Of a stretch of DNA of 64,000 nucleotides, positions 25,169 through 38,060 are shown one piece after another. The stretch's first letter is position 1. Every line of letters begins with the position of its first letter. The translations under genes and the position numbers were made by a program. The stretch comes from Camelus ferus (taxonomy: Eukaryota). The notes below the pieces were generated by a model. The model was not told the DNA's origin. It did no database searches and worked only from the letters and a program-made list of their open reading frames with translations. Where the stretch lies: positions 121,026,001 to 121,090,000 of the forward strand of contig NC_045696.1 in the NCBI RefSeq assembly GCF_009834535.1. Reading direction: 5' to 3'.

Positions 25169-27506
25169 GAAAATGAAGTTCAGGGAGAAAGTCAGGTCAT
25201 CAAGCTGTGACCACAGCTGCTGTGTTGAGTGTACAGTATGGCTCTGAGCTTCCAGGAAGCCAAGTCAAAAAGAGAAACATGATGCAGTCCCTAGTTCTCA
25301 TTATCAAGAATGTGACTGTGTTACTGGTTGCTCAGGGAAGACAGAGCTTCTGTCTTTTATATAGTTTATAGAGAACACATGGAGCGAAGTCACATCCTCA
25401 ACAATACTTCTGCAGGAGATGCAGATGTGAAGCTCATCATGGTGGCTTCCTTGGTGATGAAAATCTGTCCTGTAATGGACTCCACCACGTGGTCTTCCAG
25501 GGTCTAACTGAACTCAGAAGGAAGACTGGGAGTACCTAGAGAATTTACAGTCTGTTGATTTTAATTAGAATTAAATGTTTGCCTCTCCCTTATTTTTATT
25601 AAAAATATGTGACCCTTGAAGAAGGGATAAGAGCGAAACTGAAGGCAGATTTTGATTTGAATTCTCTGAGGAATAAATGACAGGGTTGCCCTTGGCTGAT
25701 TTGATGGGTATGTTTCCCTACTGCCAGGCATTAATTATGTTCTGACTTTCTGTTTTTCTGGCCAACTCCTAATCAAGGGGTGTTAAAGTACCAGCACTAT
25801 AATAGATGTCCTAAGAAAAGCAGGATGCAGAAAACATCCACTAGCAACTGGACGTGGAGCCTCACCAGCCTCCAGTGAGGGTTCTGCTGGGGCGGCTGCC
25901 TGTGTTCAGGAGGTGGCCTCTGATCCAGTGTAGCCCGGAAAATCTTGATATTTTAAATCATGGAGGGGTTTCTTAACTCAGAACTGCCTAAAAACTTCTC
26001 ACATATCTGCTGAATGTGATCAGCCTTACCCTTTTGCATGTGAACAATTTATGAATGTAGAATTCTCATGGCTAACTGATGGCTAAATGAAAGGGTGCAG
26101 CAGACAAGATGGACTGAGCACGGTCCATCTCCACCTCCTTCCCCAAGACTTGGTGTTACCTTTTTGCAGTGTGACTGCAGTATGTCCAGGTCAGTCTAGA
26201 TTTTCTCCTCTTTATACAGAACATACCTGCTGGTGGTCTTCTGCATGCCCCACTCTATTCTGGACAGAGGTGATCTATTCTTTATTTCAGGGCCCTTTAT
26301 AACTTATAAAACTTATTTATATTTGCACCTAAGGATTCTCGAGATTCAATTTAAGTGCAGTCACTATTGGTTGGTTTTTGTAACTCATGCAGCGTCCAAT
26401 GCACTTATAAAATGCTAAGTGCTACTTAATTCCTCCAGAATGCTTGCTGCTATTTGCTTGGCATTTAGTTCACTGTAATATCAGGACTCTTGGTCTCTGT
26501 GTGAATATTTTGCCTGTCATGGTAGTGGGGAAAACATTACAATTCACTGGTGTACATTCTTTCCTAATCAGTCTTTGGGAAAAACCAAAGCAACACAAGT
26601 TGTCTCTGAAGCTGTTACTTGGATTACTTTAGAAAGTCATAAAAAGAGTCATTTCCTGGTTGAGATCCAGGCTGAAATTGGTCTCCCACAATCAGAAGCG
26701 TGAACACCATGACATCGGCTGAGACACCATCAAACAACATCCCCTCCCCGTGCTACAATAGCCCAGGAAAGTATTGTCATGAAACACAACTCCCAGACAG
26801 TGAGGTGTTGTTAGCCCCCAATCATGCCAGGAGTCTTCACAGACTAGCTTATTTGCATATAAGACAAATGCTCTGTAATTTGCATGTGTGTGTGTGTGAC
26901 AGTGTTATCTGCCTCAGTGGAGGGACGGGTGGTGAGTAAATTAACTGAGGGGGTGCATCTCTGCTAGACAGACTAAAGCACATCACAGAGAAAACTCCCC
27001 TCAGGTTCAGAAATGTGAGTGTGAAGGCAGCTATGATGGTATGATTTCCTTATTGCATTTTGTCCACAGAGAAAAGGTACTGAGATGATTTAGAAAGGAT
27101 TCTTTGGCTGGCTCACTGCTGAGTTCTCCGTACAAAGATTAAGTTCTCAGTAAGTAACTAAAGGATGAGTGAATGGATGAATGAATGATTACTTGGGCAT
27201 TAAACAAATGGGTTTCTTCCTTATGGCATCCTCCAGTTTCTAAAAGATTGCTCACTAATCTGAATAATCCCCTATATAAATTGTGATTAGACTTAAGGAA
27301 AATGGGCTTATGAGAAGTTTGGGAAGAACTGTAAGTTTGTCTTCTCTGGATAACATGTGGGGCTGCAGAAGGTTTTCATGGGAGGCTTGAGGCAAGGTGT
27401 TTATAAGGGACAGCAGGGCCCAGAGGTGACTTCTCAGGACTCAGTGGGGGGGGGGCCTCACTTATGAGCAGTTTAGCTATTGCCTACTAAAGATTGTATT
27501 GTTTTT

Positions 27507-28028
27507 CTAAAAGTAGACTTACCATGTGATCCAGCAATCCCACTCCTGGGCATATATCCAGAGGGAACTCTAATTTGAAAAGATACATGCACCCCAATGT
27601 TCACAGCAGCACTATTTACAATACCTAAGACATGGAAACAACCTAAATGTCCATCGACAGATGACTGGATAAAGAAGTTGTGGTATATTTATACAATGGA
27701 ATACTACTCGGCCATAAAAAAGAATCAAATAATGCCATTTGCAGCAACATGGATGGACCTGGAGATCATCATTCCAAGTGAAGTAACCTAGAAAGAGAAA
27801 GAAAAATACCATATGATCTCCATACTGTTTTCCATAACAGCTGCACCAATTTACATTCCCACCAGCAGTGTAGGAGGGTTCCCTTTTCTCCACACCCTCT
27901 CCAGCATTTATCTTTTGTAGAGTTTTTAATGACAGCCATTCTGACTGGTGTGAGGTGATACCTCATTGTAGTTTAGGTTTGCATTTCTCTGATAATTAGC
28001 AAAGTTGAACATCTTTTCATGTGCCTGT
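27507..28028. mobile_element. Rearranged L1 ORF2 fragment: + segment (27507 to about 27816) joined tail-to-tail to a - segment (about 27817-28028)
   Basis: ORF 27597+ ([27 protein letters not shown]) and ORF 27769-27966 - ([14 protein letters not shown]) are adjacent parts of L1 ORF2 in opposite orientation. Confidence 0.88.
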
Positions 28029-29793
28029 GTTGTCCATAAAATTTTAATCACCCAAGAGAAGGCACTGAAAGCCAAAATGGGGAGGGGCCCTGAGGCAGTT
28101 GGATGAGGATGTGTGATTGCCCTGAAAAGGACACCCAGGTACAAACTCTGACTTTTTGCCACTAAACAGCTCTAAGATCTTGAGCAATTGCTTTACCTCT
28201 TTAAATCTTATTTACTTATTTATTTATCTACAGATTTAATCTGATCATCTGTATAAAGTGGATAACAATGCTTGTTTCCCAGAGTGGCGATAGTTAGATA
28301 ACATAGGTGAAGTGATGCACGTGGTGCCTGGGATGGGGGGGGGGGGCAATCACAGGCTTTTCTTACCCCAGCCTCCAGCCGCCGCCTCCCCAACCCCCCA
28401 CCTCAGCCGCACTGCTTGCCACACTGAGGGCTGTCCAGCTGCTGTTCCTGTGCGAGACGTGACCGGAACTGGCTGACTCAGAACGCACAGCGTCCAAACT
28501 GTGAGAGATGGTGGAGCCGCTTCCTCGCCTGGGTCAGGGCGGTGCAGCTGTGAGAGCTCCTTCCGTGCGCGCAGGGAGAATCCTCTAGGCCTCGGCCTGT
28601 GGGCAGAGCAGCCCCCGCGTCCAAGCGTCCTGAGCGCTGGTCCGGCGGCCTGCGGTGCCGCGGGGTCGGGCTGAGCGCAGCGGCAGGGACCCTTCCTCTG
28701 ACGAATCTGCTCTTGGCTGCGGCTGTTTCTTAAGGAGACACTGGATGTTTGTAAAATGAACGTTCAGCCGCTCAGCTCCGTAACTGTAGCGTCTACGTCT
28801 TTCACAAGCACCGCGAGCTCCAGTTGGTCCCTTCGTCCCCAGAGTGGGGGCGGGTGATTCAGCCCACAGTCTCAGAAGCCCTAAGGGGCTCCCGAGTGTC
28901 CCTTTCACAGTGGCTTAAATAGGAAGACGAAAAATTAGAGGCAAGCGCAGTAGACAAGAGGCAAGACACGGGAAGTTTCTACAGTCCTCACTGAGTCACA
29001 GACAAACAGCCCATCGGACGTCTTCCATTCCCTGCGTTTCCACGTGTGCAGTCCTGCTGTTTAAACCAGCACCAGCGAAAGGCCCCAGTAGCCTGCCCAG
29101 CCGGGACGGGTGCAGCACATGCTCGCTTGTCTCCCAGGACAACAGGGGCGTCTTCGTGTGAAGTTCAGCTAAGGGTTTTGCCCTCTGGGTTGACGTCTGA
29201 ACCAAGCAGCCCTTCAACGTTGTACTTTTCCTAAAAATAAATGAATTGGATTTTTTCCCCCACTTATTTAAAAGTATTTCCAGTCAAGGCGCCTTTATGT
29301 TTTAGTCCACTGTACAGGGAAGTAAGTGTCAGCTGCCCACCCAGCCCTGCTGGCGTTAATTCTGGTAATGACAGAATTAACTTCACCTCCCCACGCCCGG
29401 GTTCTGGTTGTGGGTCCAGATTCAGCTCCAGAAATCTCTCATGGCTTTCCTCCAGTTTCTCTGTGGAGGACAAGTGCGGTGTGTGTGTGTTGTGTTAAGG
29501 AGTTCGGCTGTAGATCCTGTACACACCACCCCCACTCTGTAATCATCTTTGTTGGAGGGTGGGTAGCGGAAGCTGGAGGTGGGCGCCCATGAAACACCCA
29601 TCAAGAGACTGTCCAGTGCTCGCCTCTGGTTTCCAGTAAGGACCATGTCGTCCGACCTATCACCGAGTTAACATCAAATTACACAACAGGCCTTATCAGA
29701 ACATCTTCTGTGCTCAGAACTCATCCTGGAAAGGAACCCCACTGGATTTTGTACCAGTCAGGGCCCCGTTAGGAGAAAGAAGCCACACCAACT

Positions 29794-30251
29794 TTTTTTT
29801 TTTTTAACAAGAGGACAAATCCACACTTTTTATTTATTTACTTTTCAGTTAGTTTAAATCCTTAAGGGGTACAGCATCACACGGATTCTGCGTCCAGTGG
29901 CCTTAGCGGGAAGGTTGCTTCAGAAGTTGGCACAAACCACGCCACTGCTTCCGTGAGCACGAGTTACCTTTCCCCAGATTACTCTGGTTTTGTTCAGTTT
30001 TCCTCCAGGAGTTACTGTGTTGTTCTTTGCTTTGTACACATAAGCACATCTCTTGCCTAGGGAGAATTCAGTTTCATCTCAAGCATAAACACCTTCAATT
30101 TTAAGAAGAGCTGCGTGGTCCCTCTGGCTCTAGAGACCCCACTTATAGCCAGCAAAAGTGGCCTTGGACCACAGCCTTCCAGACGTATTTGTCGTTTTAG
30201 AAGTCCTGTTCCCAGCAGGCCTCCACAGTTTCCAAGAAGGCTGAAAGAGGG
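29794..30251 (-). pseudogene. RPL35A: RPL35A (60S ribosomal protein eL33) processed pseudogene, full-length mRNA copy
   Basis: Minus strand 30186-29854 reads (ACG)[106 protein letters not shown]; 110 codons, no introns, AATAAA, poly-A (T run 29793-29805), TSD cacaccaact at 29784-29793 / 30252-30261. Confidence 0.97.
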
Positions 30252-31369
30252 CACACCAACTATTTCATGGAGGGAATTTAATTCTGACTTGTTACCCAGG
30301 TTGTAGGGACTAAAAAGTCAGAGGGGGACACTGGAATATCACGCAGTAGCAAGTGCAGGAAACAGCTTCTCCCTCTGAGGTCGGGACTAACGGACGAAGA
30401 GGCTGGGACTGAAAACTCAGCTGCGGGGACGAGGGGCCTGGAGAGCCGAGACTCGGGCCTCCAGGGAGGAGACACTGCTGGGCTCGTGCTGGTGGCTCTG
30501 AGCTCATGGGGAGCTCCGTGGGGTGGTGTCAAGGTTTCAGAAAAAGAAGATGCCAGCCCCCCATGCTGGGGTCTGTGAGGGGTCGCAGTGAGGTTGGAGG
30601 TGGAGGAGAAACCAGACATGGTTCACCTGCTGCTGCGGGGCCCGGGGTCAGTCCTCCAGCTCACCTGCCTCCCTCCCACCTCCCCGTTGGCCGAGCTGTC
30701 AGGGGCCGAAGCTGCAGTGGGGCCAGGCTCCCAAGGCCAAGTACGGAAGAGAGGGTTTGGGGCTGAGGCAATGGCTTAATAACCAGCCCAGCTTGCCAGG
30801 CCACCCACATCAACGGTATCCTCGGAGCAGATGCAGTGATGTGCTTCTTGCTTCTCCAGGTACTTGAGCGGTTCCTTCAGCATCCTTGGTGGAAAAGAGC
30901 CTTGGCATCTGTTCAGTGGGCCCAGGATAGGCCTGACTCTAAGCTCACACGTTCCCATTTCCCTGAATTTTTCCATACGGAGGCATAAAGCTCTGTGTGG
31001 CTTTCTGTGAGCGTGCGTGTAAACATAACTCTCCAGGAGCGGTTGGTTTTCTCTCATACACCAGGTCGACGGCCGCTGTGCAGCTAATATAAACACACTG
31101 GGCCAACAGCCTAATTTCTCAAAAAAAGGAAAGAAACATCAGGCCTCTTTGATTTTTCTCCACAAATAGAACTTCTTAATGCAAATGAAAGCATGAATCA
31201 AGCATAAAAACAACCGAATTGCTAATCATCACATGCTTTAATGATCCCTAATTAGAGCAAAATTTAAAGTGAATATAAGCAAATTAAGACATTTTTCTTG
31301 TTAATCCTTAATTTGTATCTATCGGTCCGAAAGTTGACACTGCATGTCCCGGGGCTTTAGAGGAACCAG

Positions 31370-31890
31370 TGTTACCAAGTCCAAACTCATTCTGCTCGCC
31401 GCACAACAGGCCAATAAATCGGGAGATGAGGTGTGGGGGCAGGGATTAGTGACTTTATTCTGAAAGTATGCAGACCGAGAAGATGGCAGACTCACATCTT
31501 GGAGAACCATCTTACTTAAGACACAATTCAGGCTCCTTTTATACTAGAACGGGGAGGGGGTGTGGTTGGTTGTTGCAAACTTCCTGGTGTAGGAATCTTT
31601 GTTCTTGCAGCCGTCCGCGTGGGTCAGGTCATGGTGCCCCTGTAAAACCTCCAACAAAACAAATGTTACTCTCTTTTCTGCAGCTTGTTATCTTTATGTA
31701 AGTGCAAAAGTGGTAATATCGTTAAAGGTCAGAGCCCAGAGAACAGGCTCTCCTGTAGATTGCAGGCTACAGGCAACGTTGTTTCACAAAAGGTGCAGAG
31801 CTAGTGAGGCAAAGCCTGGAAAACAGGGCACAGGGTTAGGGCCAAAGAAACAGATCTGTTACGGAGTCAGATTTGTTCTTTTCTGTCACC
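31370..31890 (-). mobile_element. Solo ERV1-class LTR (MER41-like artiodactyl family), 521 bp
   Basis: Starts TGTTACC, ends TGTCACC (decayed CA end); 4-bp TSD CCAG at 31366-31369 / 31891-31894; on the - strand TATAAAAG (31543-31536) and AATAAA (31459-31454). Confidence 0.8.
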
Positions 31891-32088
31891 CCAGCCTTCA
31901 CTCACGTGGAACCCGTGTTTAAATGCAAACACCTTTCTGGGTATAAATGCAGGGGGGACCTCGGGAGACGAAGTTCTTAAGACTGTGCTGGTCTGTCTTG
32001 TCCTCTCGGTTATGTTTTGAAAGGGAGAAGCATTAAGTAGCTTTCCTAAGGCTCCAAGCCCAGGCTCTTGCTCGAAATGGGTTGCGTT

Positions 32089-32111
32089 TATGTGTGTGCG
32101 CGCGCGCGTGT
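32089..32111. repeat. Alternating purine-pyrimidine (TG)n(CG)n tract
   Basis: tatgtgtgtgcgcgcgcgcgtgt. Confidence 0.8.
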
Positions 32112-35100
32112 CAGGGCACCGTCAGGGCCCGTACCCTTCCTTAGGCAGGAGCTGAGAGAGGGAATGTCTAGCTCTGCCAGCATCAGGCACTGTCTGGCTT
32201 GGACCAGAGAGGCAGAAAATATTCCTATCAAGTGCAGCTGGTGAATGTTTGCAGTTAGCATTTGAACTTTTCCTGATTTGCAAGGACCACTGGCAAAGAC
32301 GTTAACGCGCCGGAAGAATCAAATATAAAAGTGTGCTGGTTCCTGAAACACACGTTAACAATCTAAGCTTGGCCAGAATGTAACACTTCAGGAAACATCT
32401 TGGGGGAACAGGGGAGCTTGCGGAGGAGCTTTCAGCTGGTTTAATCCCGAAGAAAGTTGTGATGCTGTAAATCCAGGCTGAAGCTACACACTTTAATGCT
32501 GGGCCTTCGGGCAAGATTTCCACTTTGTTCTTCTCGAACCATAAAGAGAACGAGGGGGCAGGGCCTCCTTCCCTCCAGCTGGGGGGCTGTGGGAGCCCTC
32601 GGGACTGAACCAAAGGCAGGTCATTGTCCCTTAAACCTAGGACAGTATCAGCAACCCCAGGTATCACGAGAATCAAGGAAACAGGACTCTGTGCAACAGA
32701 AGTTATTACTGACTTTTGGACGTGAAGCAAACAAACTGTGATCTGACTTGAAGTTAAGGGTTCCTGTAAGGCTGGAGAGAGTCAGTACGGGTTTAATGCC
32801 GCATTTGTTTGTCCTCGTGCTGGCGTGGGCCAGGCCCCATCTGGTGGATTAAGCAGTCGGGACAGACTGAGCCAGCCATTACTGTATCACCTTGTGGCAT
32901 TTGCAGGGGGCGCTCCCAGCTCTGAACAGTGGTGCTCACCGTCCTCCACACAGATTGCTCATGCTCCTGCCTGTTGTTTCTGGCTGGCGGCTTTGTCAAC
33001 AAAGTCCCACTCATCAAAGTGTGGCCCCAGGTCAGCAGCACCGCCTCACCCAGAAGCCCACCAGGAGTGCAGGCTCTCAGGCCCGCCCTGGACCTTCGGA
33101 AGCAGAATCTGCCTCTTCAACGAGGAGTACCCAATGAATCCTGTGCCCATGAACATTAGAGACACACATCCAAACTGTCCTCCTCTGTGTCCGACTGTCC
33201 CCACTGCGGATTTCTGGGCCTTCCCTACAACGTCCTGCTCCTGGCTTTAGTTCTGGCTTTCTTGAGACATATTTGACAGATAACACTGTGTACAGTTAAC
33301 GCATGTGGAAGTTCACTAAATAGCAGGTTGTTAGTCTGATGTGGCTCCAATGCTGTTACCACCTACATAAGCAAACCAAAAATAGCATCCTGTAAGCACC
33401 CTAAGATCATGAAATTGAAGCCTAAGGACCATGGATCGCAATCCTGCCCCCCTCTTTGCCGCCACCTCCCTGGTACAGTCTGTCCCTGAGCCCCCATCAC
33501 TGGAGGCCCCTCACCACTTCTCATCAAGTCAAATCCATTTTTGCTCAGTAAATGCTTACATTTGTGAACATGCCCCACTTAATCTTTAACACGCCCAGCG
33601 TGGTGACTTGATGCTTGTATATCTTGAGAAGTGATGACCACAATAAGGTTGGTGACCACATCCATCCCCTCACAGTGTCCATGAGAGCAAGGACCCGCAG
33701 GTTTGCGTGTGGTCCATGGGTGGCAACCATGCCCGTCCCCTCTGTGTGGGTCTGGTTTGGGCGTCATCCTGCCCAAGGGAGCTCTCTGCTCCCAGGGAAG
33801 CCCATTTCCTGCCTTCTTCTAATTCTCTGAGCACGACGTGAATTCTTCACTGGCCTTCACTCTCATTTGCCCCGTCTCTCCTCCCATTAGATAAAATAAT
33901 GAGGCAGAACGGAATGGCAGAAGGGAGGAAGCATGGAGGAAGGGAAGAAGAAGAAAGGAAAAAGTCAGGAAGGTGGGAAGGAAGACAGAGGGGAGGGAGG
34001 GGGGCCTGGTTCACATCATGCCATGGTGTTGCTGGGGGTCATGAGCTCTGTTCCAGATACACGCAAACACACCCCCTCCACTGTTTCCACTCTAACACAA
34101 AGCCGTACCTTCATGCAGTGCTCAGGACAGTGTGAACTGGTCTAACAATTTGGAGGGCAATTTGCCAATGTCTATTCAACCTTTAAAAATGAACAGTCTC
34201 TTTTATCCAGCAATTTCAGTATTTATCCCACAGACATACCTGCATCAATGCACAAAATGTAGGTCAAGGTATCTATTGCGGGATTGTTTAATAGCCAAAA
34301 GCTATAAATAGCTGGAAGTGTCAATAAAAGTTGTCCTGAAAAATCAACCCCCGTATCTCGGCAGAGGAACCGAGTCACGGCAGGGAAAAGCCCGGAGGGG
34401 GCTCTGCGTGTGCTAGTGTGGGGGGCTCTCTAGCTTGTGTTGTGAACTGAGGAAGGCCGGTGCCCATGTTACCCTAGCTGTGTGGGGTTTCGGGCGTGTG
34501 TACATGTGTATATTTATAAAACACAGTGAATAACTTCCCTGATGTATAGCCAATACAACAGTCTACAGCCATTACAAACACTACTTTGGCAGAGTTTTGA
34601 AAAACTTGGGACATTTTTGTGATGTAATGCTAAGATTTTTGTTTTATAGGCAGATCATTAGTGTTATGGTTTTTCTCCCCCACCTTGAGCATTTCCCAAT
34701 GTTACTGAATATTCCCCAAAGTATCATTAATTTCTCTAAAATATCATAGTTTACTCTTGAGTATTTAAGTTGTTTTCATTTTTCCAACTCATGTGTAATG
34801 TTGATGTAAACATTTCTTTACCTCATGTGGTTTTCAAATTTCAGTCTCTTTTCTGAGATGATGTCTTGTAATTACAGGTTCACAGGGTGTGAGCTTTTAT
34901 TACAATTGCTGGTTCATAGGATGTGACCCTTGATATTTATTGCCAAGTTGGTTTTCATAATCCACAAAGATTTGTAACGTAATGTCTTCAATTTTTGTTC
35001 ATGTGATTGGATTTTAAAAGTGATTTGTTCAACAAATTTTAAAATTTGACGTAAAACGGTTATTGATGCCGACTGTGTGCCAAGCTGCCTTAAAGGCGCT

Positions 35101-36438
35101 CAACACATCCTCACGAGGAGGAAGACGTGGTTCCTCCCTTCAGCTCAAAGTGTGGCCCCGGGTCAGCACACTGAAGCACGTGGTTACACCGTGATGCCAT
35201 CCGGCCGTCGTAGAATTATGCCCAGAGTGTCACTGGGACAGTTCCCCAAAAAGGGGACAAGACTCTGACACTTCCCTAGGCTGCAGGATGGTGCTGCCGT
35301 GGGGAGGCAGGACGTTTCCTCTTCTCACTCCCATCGGGGTTCAGGTACCAACGGCACCTGGCTGCAGCAAGGAAGGAGGAGGGAAACTTACCGTGGCTTG
35401 TGTCGCCGCTGGTAGGTTTCACAGATTCTGACGGTTATAAGCCTCCTTCAAGGACACATACATTCACCCTGAATCTATAACCAGACTTGACCTCCCCGCA
35501 GCCCGTCCCTCCCTGCCCGCTCACAGTGTGAAGGTGGGAGCCTCCCCTTCAAAGTGTTTGCCCCAACTTCAAAAAGCTTTCTCCAAAGAAAGAGACAACC
35601 CAGCCTCCGCCAAGCACTTTCAACTCCCTTAATATTTCTCAGGTCAAGAAATTCTTAACTGAAACTTTCTAACTAGTTTGACTAAATGCAGTTGTCAATA
35701 TGTGGCTTCTTTTAACCTTGTAAAAGTGGCAATTTCATACAGTTCAACTAAAACCTGCAATTTAATTCTTCCTGTTTCTTCCCGACCCATGTAATAGAAC
35801 TAATCGAAACTTTCTTTCACACGAATGATTTCTGCAGCACCTGCCCCAGATACAAAGAAAAGGGGAAAATTATTAACATGGGTTTATGCTTGGATGTCAC
35901 TTCCTAGATCGTCAGTAAGATAAAATTAGAATACGGTATTTCCCAGATTGAAGGGGAAGAGGTTTCTTGCTTATTTGAGCAGAGAGACTTCTATCTGATG
36001 CAGAATTAGGAGTTGGGCAGACATGGACAGACCCAGCAAACTGCCAGACACACTGTAATTCGTAATCTCCAACCCACACAAGGCCAGTGTCCTCCCCTCA
36101 GACAAACATGCTGCTGAGAGTGTGTTATGAATCCAAGACTATTATTAACGCAATGCTGTGTGTCAGAGACTTAGGGAGAAGGAAAGAGAAGAGGAGGGAG
36201 AAAGAGAGAGACAGTCAGCCTGAAATTGATGGCGGTCCCTTTCTTATTCCTCTGATCAGATTTAAACTCGAGTAAGTTGAGTAATTCTGTAGAGGGTGCT
36301 GGGGTGGGAGGTGATGCCTCAGAACTTGGGAAGCCGGCCTGATCCCATAAAAGCATCAGAATTTTCTTCAAAAGAGAGCCTGTAGCTTGAAACGCTTTCT
36401 GGAGTCCTGCTATTCCGGGTGTGGTTCACAGCTACAGC

Positions 36439-36590
36439 CAGTGTTTCTCCGCAGTGCATTCACATCACCTGGAGTCTGGTTAGACGCAGACTGTGATTCG
36501 GCAGGCCTGGGGTGCGTCAGAGCTTGTGCCTTTCTGCCCAGCTCCTGTGAGATGCGAGGCTGCGGGTGGGATGGCGCTTTGAGTGGCAGG
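36439..36590. mobile_element. MER5A-like hAT MITE
   Basis: 'cagtgtttctc...tcacctggag...gattcggcaggcctggggtg...gctttgagtggcagg'. Confidence 0.55.
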
Positions 36591-37789
36591 GATGGTGCAT
36601 CCTTCTGATGCCTGTTCCTTTTTTCCCAAACTGGCCATCCTACCCTGCAGACCCCATCCTGAGGGCTCAAGTCAGAAGGCCCCACTCCCCTCAGTGACCT
36701 TGCTCTCCCCTCATCCCAACCTTCCTGCCTGTAAAATGGGATGAACAAACTGAGCAGAGGGCGGAATCTTAGACCTTCTCCGGCAGAGGAAATTCAGAGG
36801 TGACTCTAATCCAACCCTTTCCCCACCTGCCCTCCCCGCAGCCCTTCTGTGTGTGAAGCCCTAGCGTGAGATTTGCCCGCTAACTTTGCAGCTCCCAGCC
36901 CTGCCTTTTGGACCCGGGAAAGCTCTGTAGGGCAAGGGCTTCTTGAAGATATTTTCGAATAAGTTGAAGTAACTAAAAAAGCCACTGCCCCAAACCACTG
37001 GGCAAACCTCCCCTTAGCGCAGGGCCTCCTGCTCTGGCGTTAGGACGGAAGACATCTGAGAAACCCAGCGTTCCCCGGTGGGAGGCTGTAGGGGAGGCCC
37101 CCTGCCCTGGGCTTTTCCCGCAGCAGATTTCAGTCCTTCAATGGGATGCAGCAGAGAACGATGTAGTGATTCCATGATCTCAGCTGTTTTCCCGAGGCCT
37201 GTGTACGCTGGCCTCGCCAGCCTCTCTCTCCTCCCTCCCACTCTGGCCCCAGAATGCACATCACATTGCTGGGAAATGTGCTTGTTGAACCATCTGCAGT
37301 CACCAAGGGAGAGGTTTAATAAAGGCCACCGGTGAACGTGATGGAGAGACGAAGTGATGAAAATCGCCATTTTTTTATTTATGGAGAAACATTTTAATTT
37401 GGGACATAAAACGGCACAAATCCAATGTAACTCTGACTTCGGGGGTCAGGACCAAAGAGGAGTGTTCTCATGGAAGGAGTCTGGTCCCTTCTGTCCGCTG
37501 TAATTGCTGTAAACCAGCTGTAAGTCCAGCAGGTCCTCTGATCATTGAGGGCCTCGATGACAATGCAGCCAGTAAGTTCCACATCACATGTGGGTGACCA
37601 TGTAACTCAGTGTCCAAACCGGGACTCTGTGACTGTGGAACAGGGCACCATTGGGGTTATGTTCCTGTTGGGCGGTGCAGAGACCAGGGTAACCAGGACA
37701 CAGCTGTTCTGACTGTAGGCAGCTTGTAACATGGGGACCGGGGACGTTCTGGCGTTGAGAGGTGAAGCTGCCCAAGAAAAACTGCGCTG

Positions 37790-38060
37790 GACAGAACCAC
37801 AAGACTTTCCTCAAGACCGTTGCAACGGGGAGACAGATTGAACTCAGCTCTGAATACGACGGGGGCAGCTGGGGGTGAGGGGTCAGTGGGTGAAAAACTC
37901 CCGGGGGCGCTTGGTTAGGTGCCAAGGGTGTGGGAGCCTTGCTGAGCTGGGCTCAGTGGGACATAGTGGCCTGGGAGGAGGCCTGGTGGAGAAGAGGACG
38001 GACTGGACTTTAGGCAAGGAGGGATCCTTGCAGAATCTCGTCAAAGGAAAGGCCACTTCT
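37790..38060. mobile_element. Old ERV1-type LTR fragment (MER31-like)
   Basis: 'ggggagacagattgaactcagctctgaatac...ggggtcagtgggtgaaaaact' motif; family assignment from recall. Confidence 0.4.

Noticed and set aside
25365..25510. Minus-strand protein-like stretch (TLEDHVVESITGQIFITKEATMMSFTS...)
   Set aside because: Short, no recognisable family and no convincing exon boundaries; a BLASTX search would be needed to revive it.
30057..30254. 65-aa minus-strand ORF over the RPL35A copy
   Set aside because: Out of frame with RPL35A; the true frame lacks ATG and has three stops, so it is not a functional retrogene.
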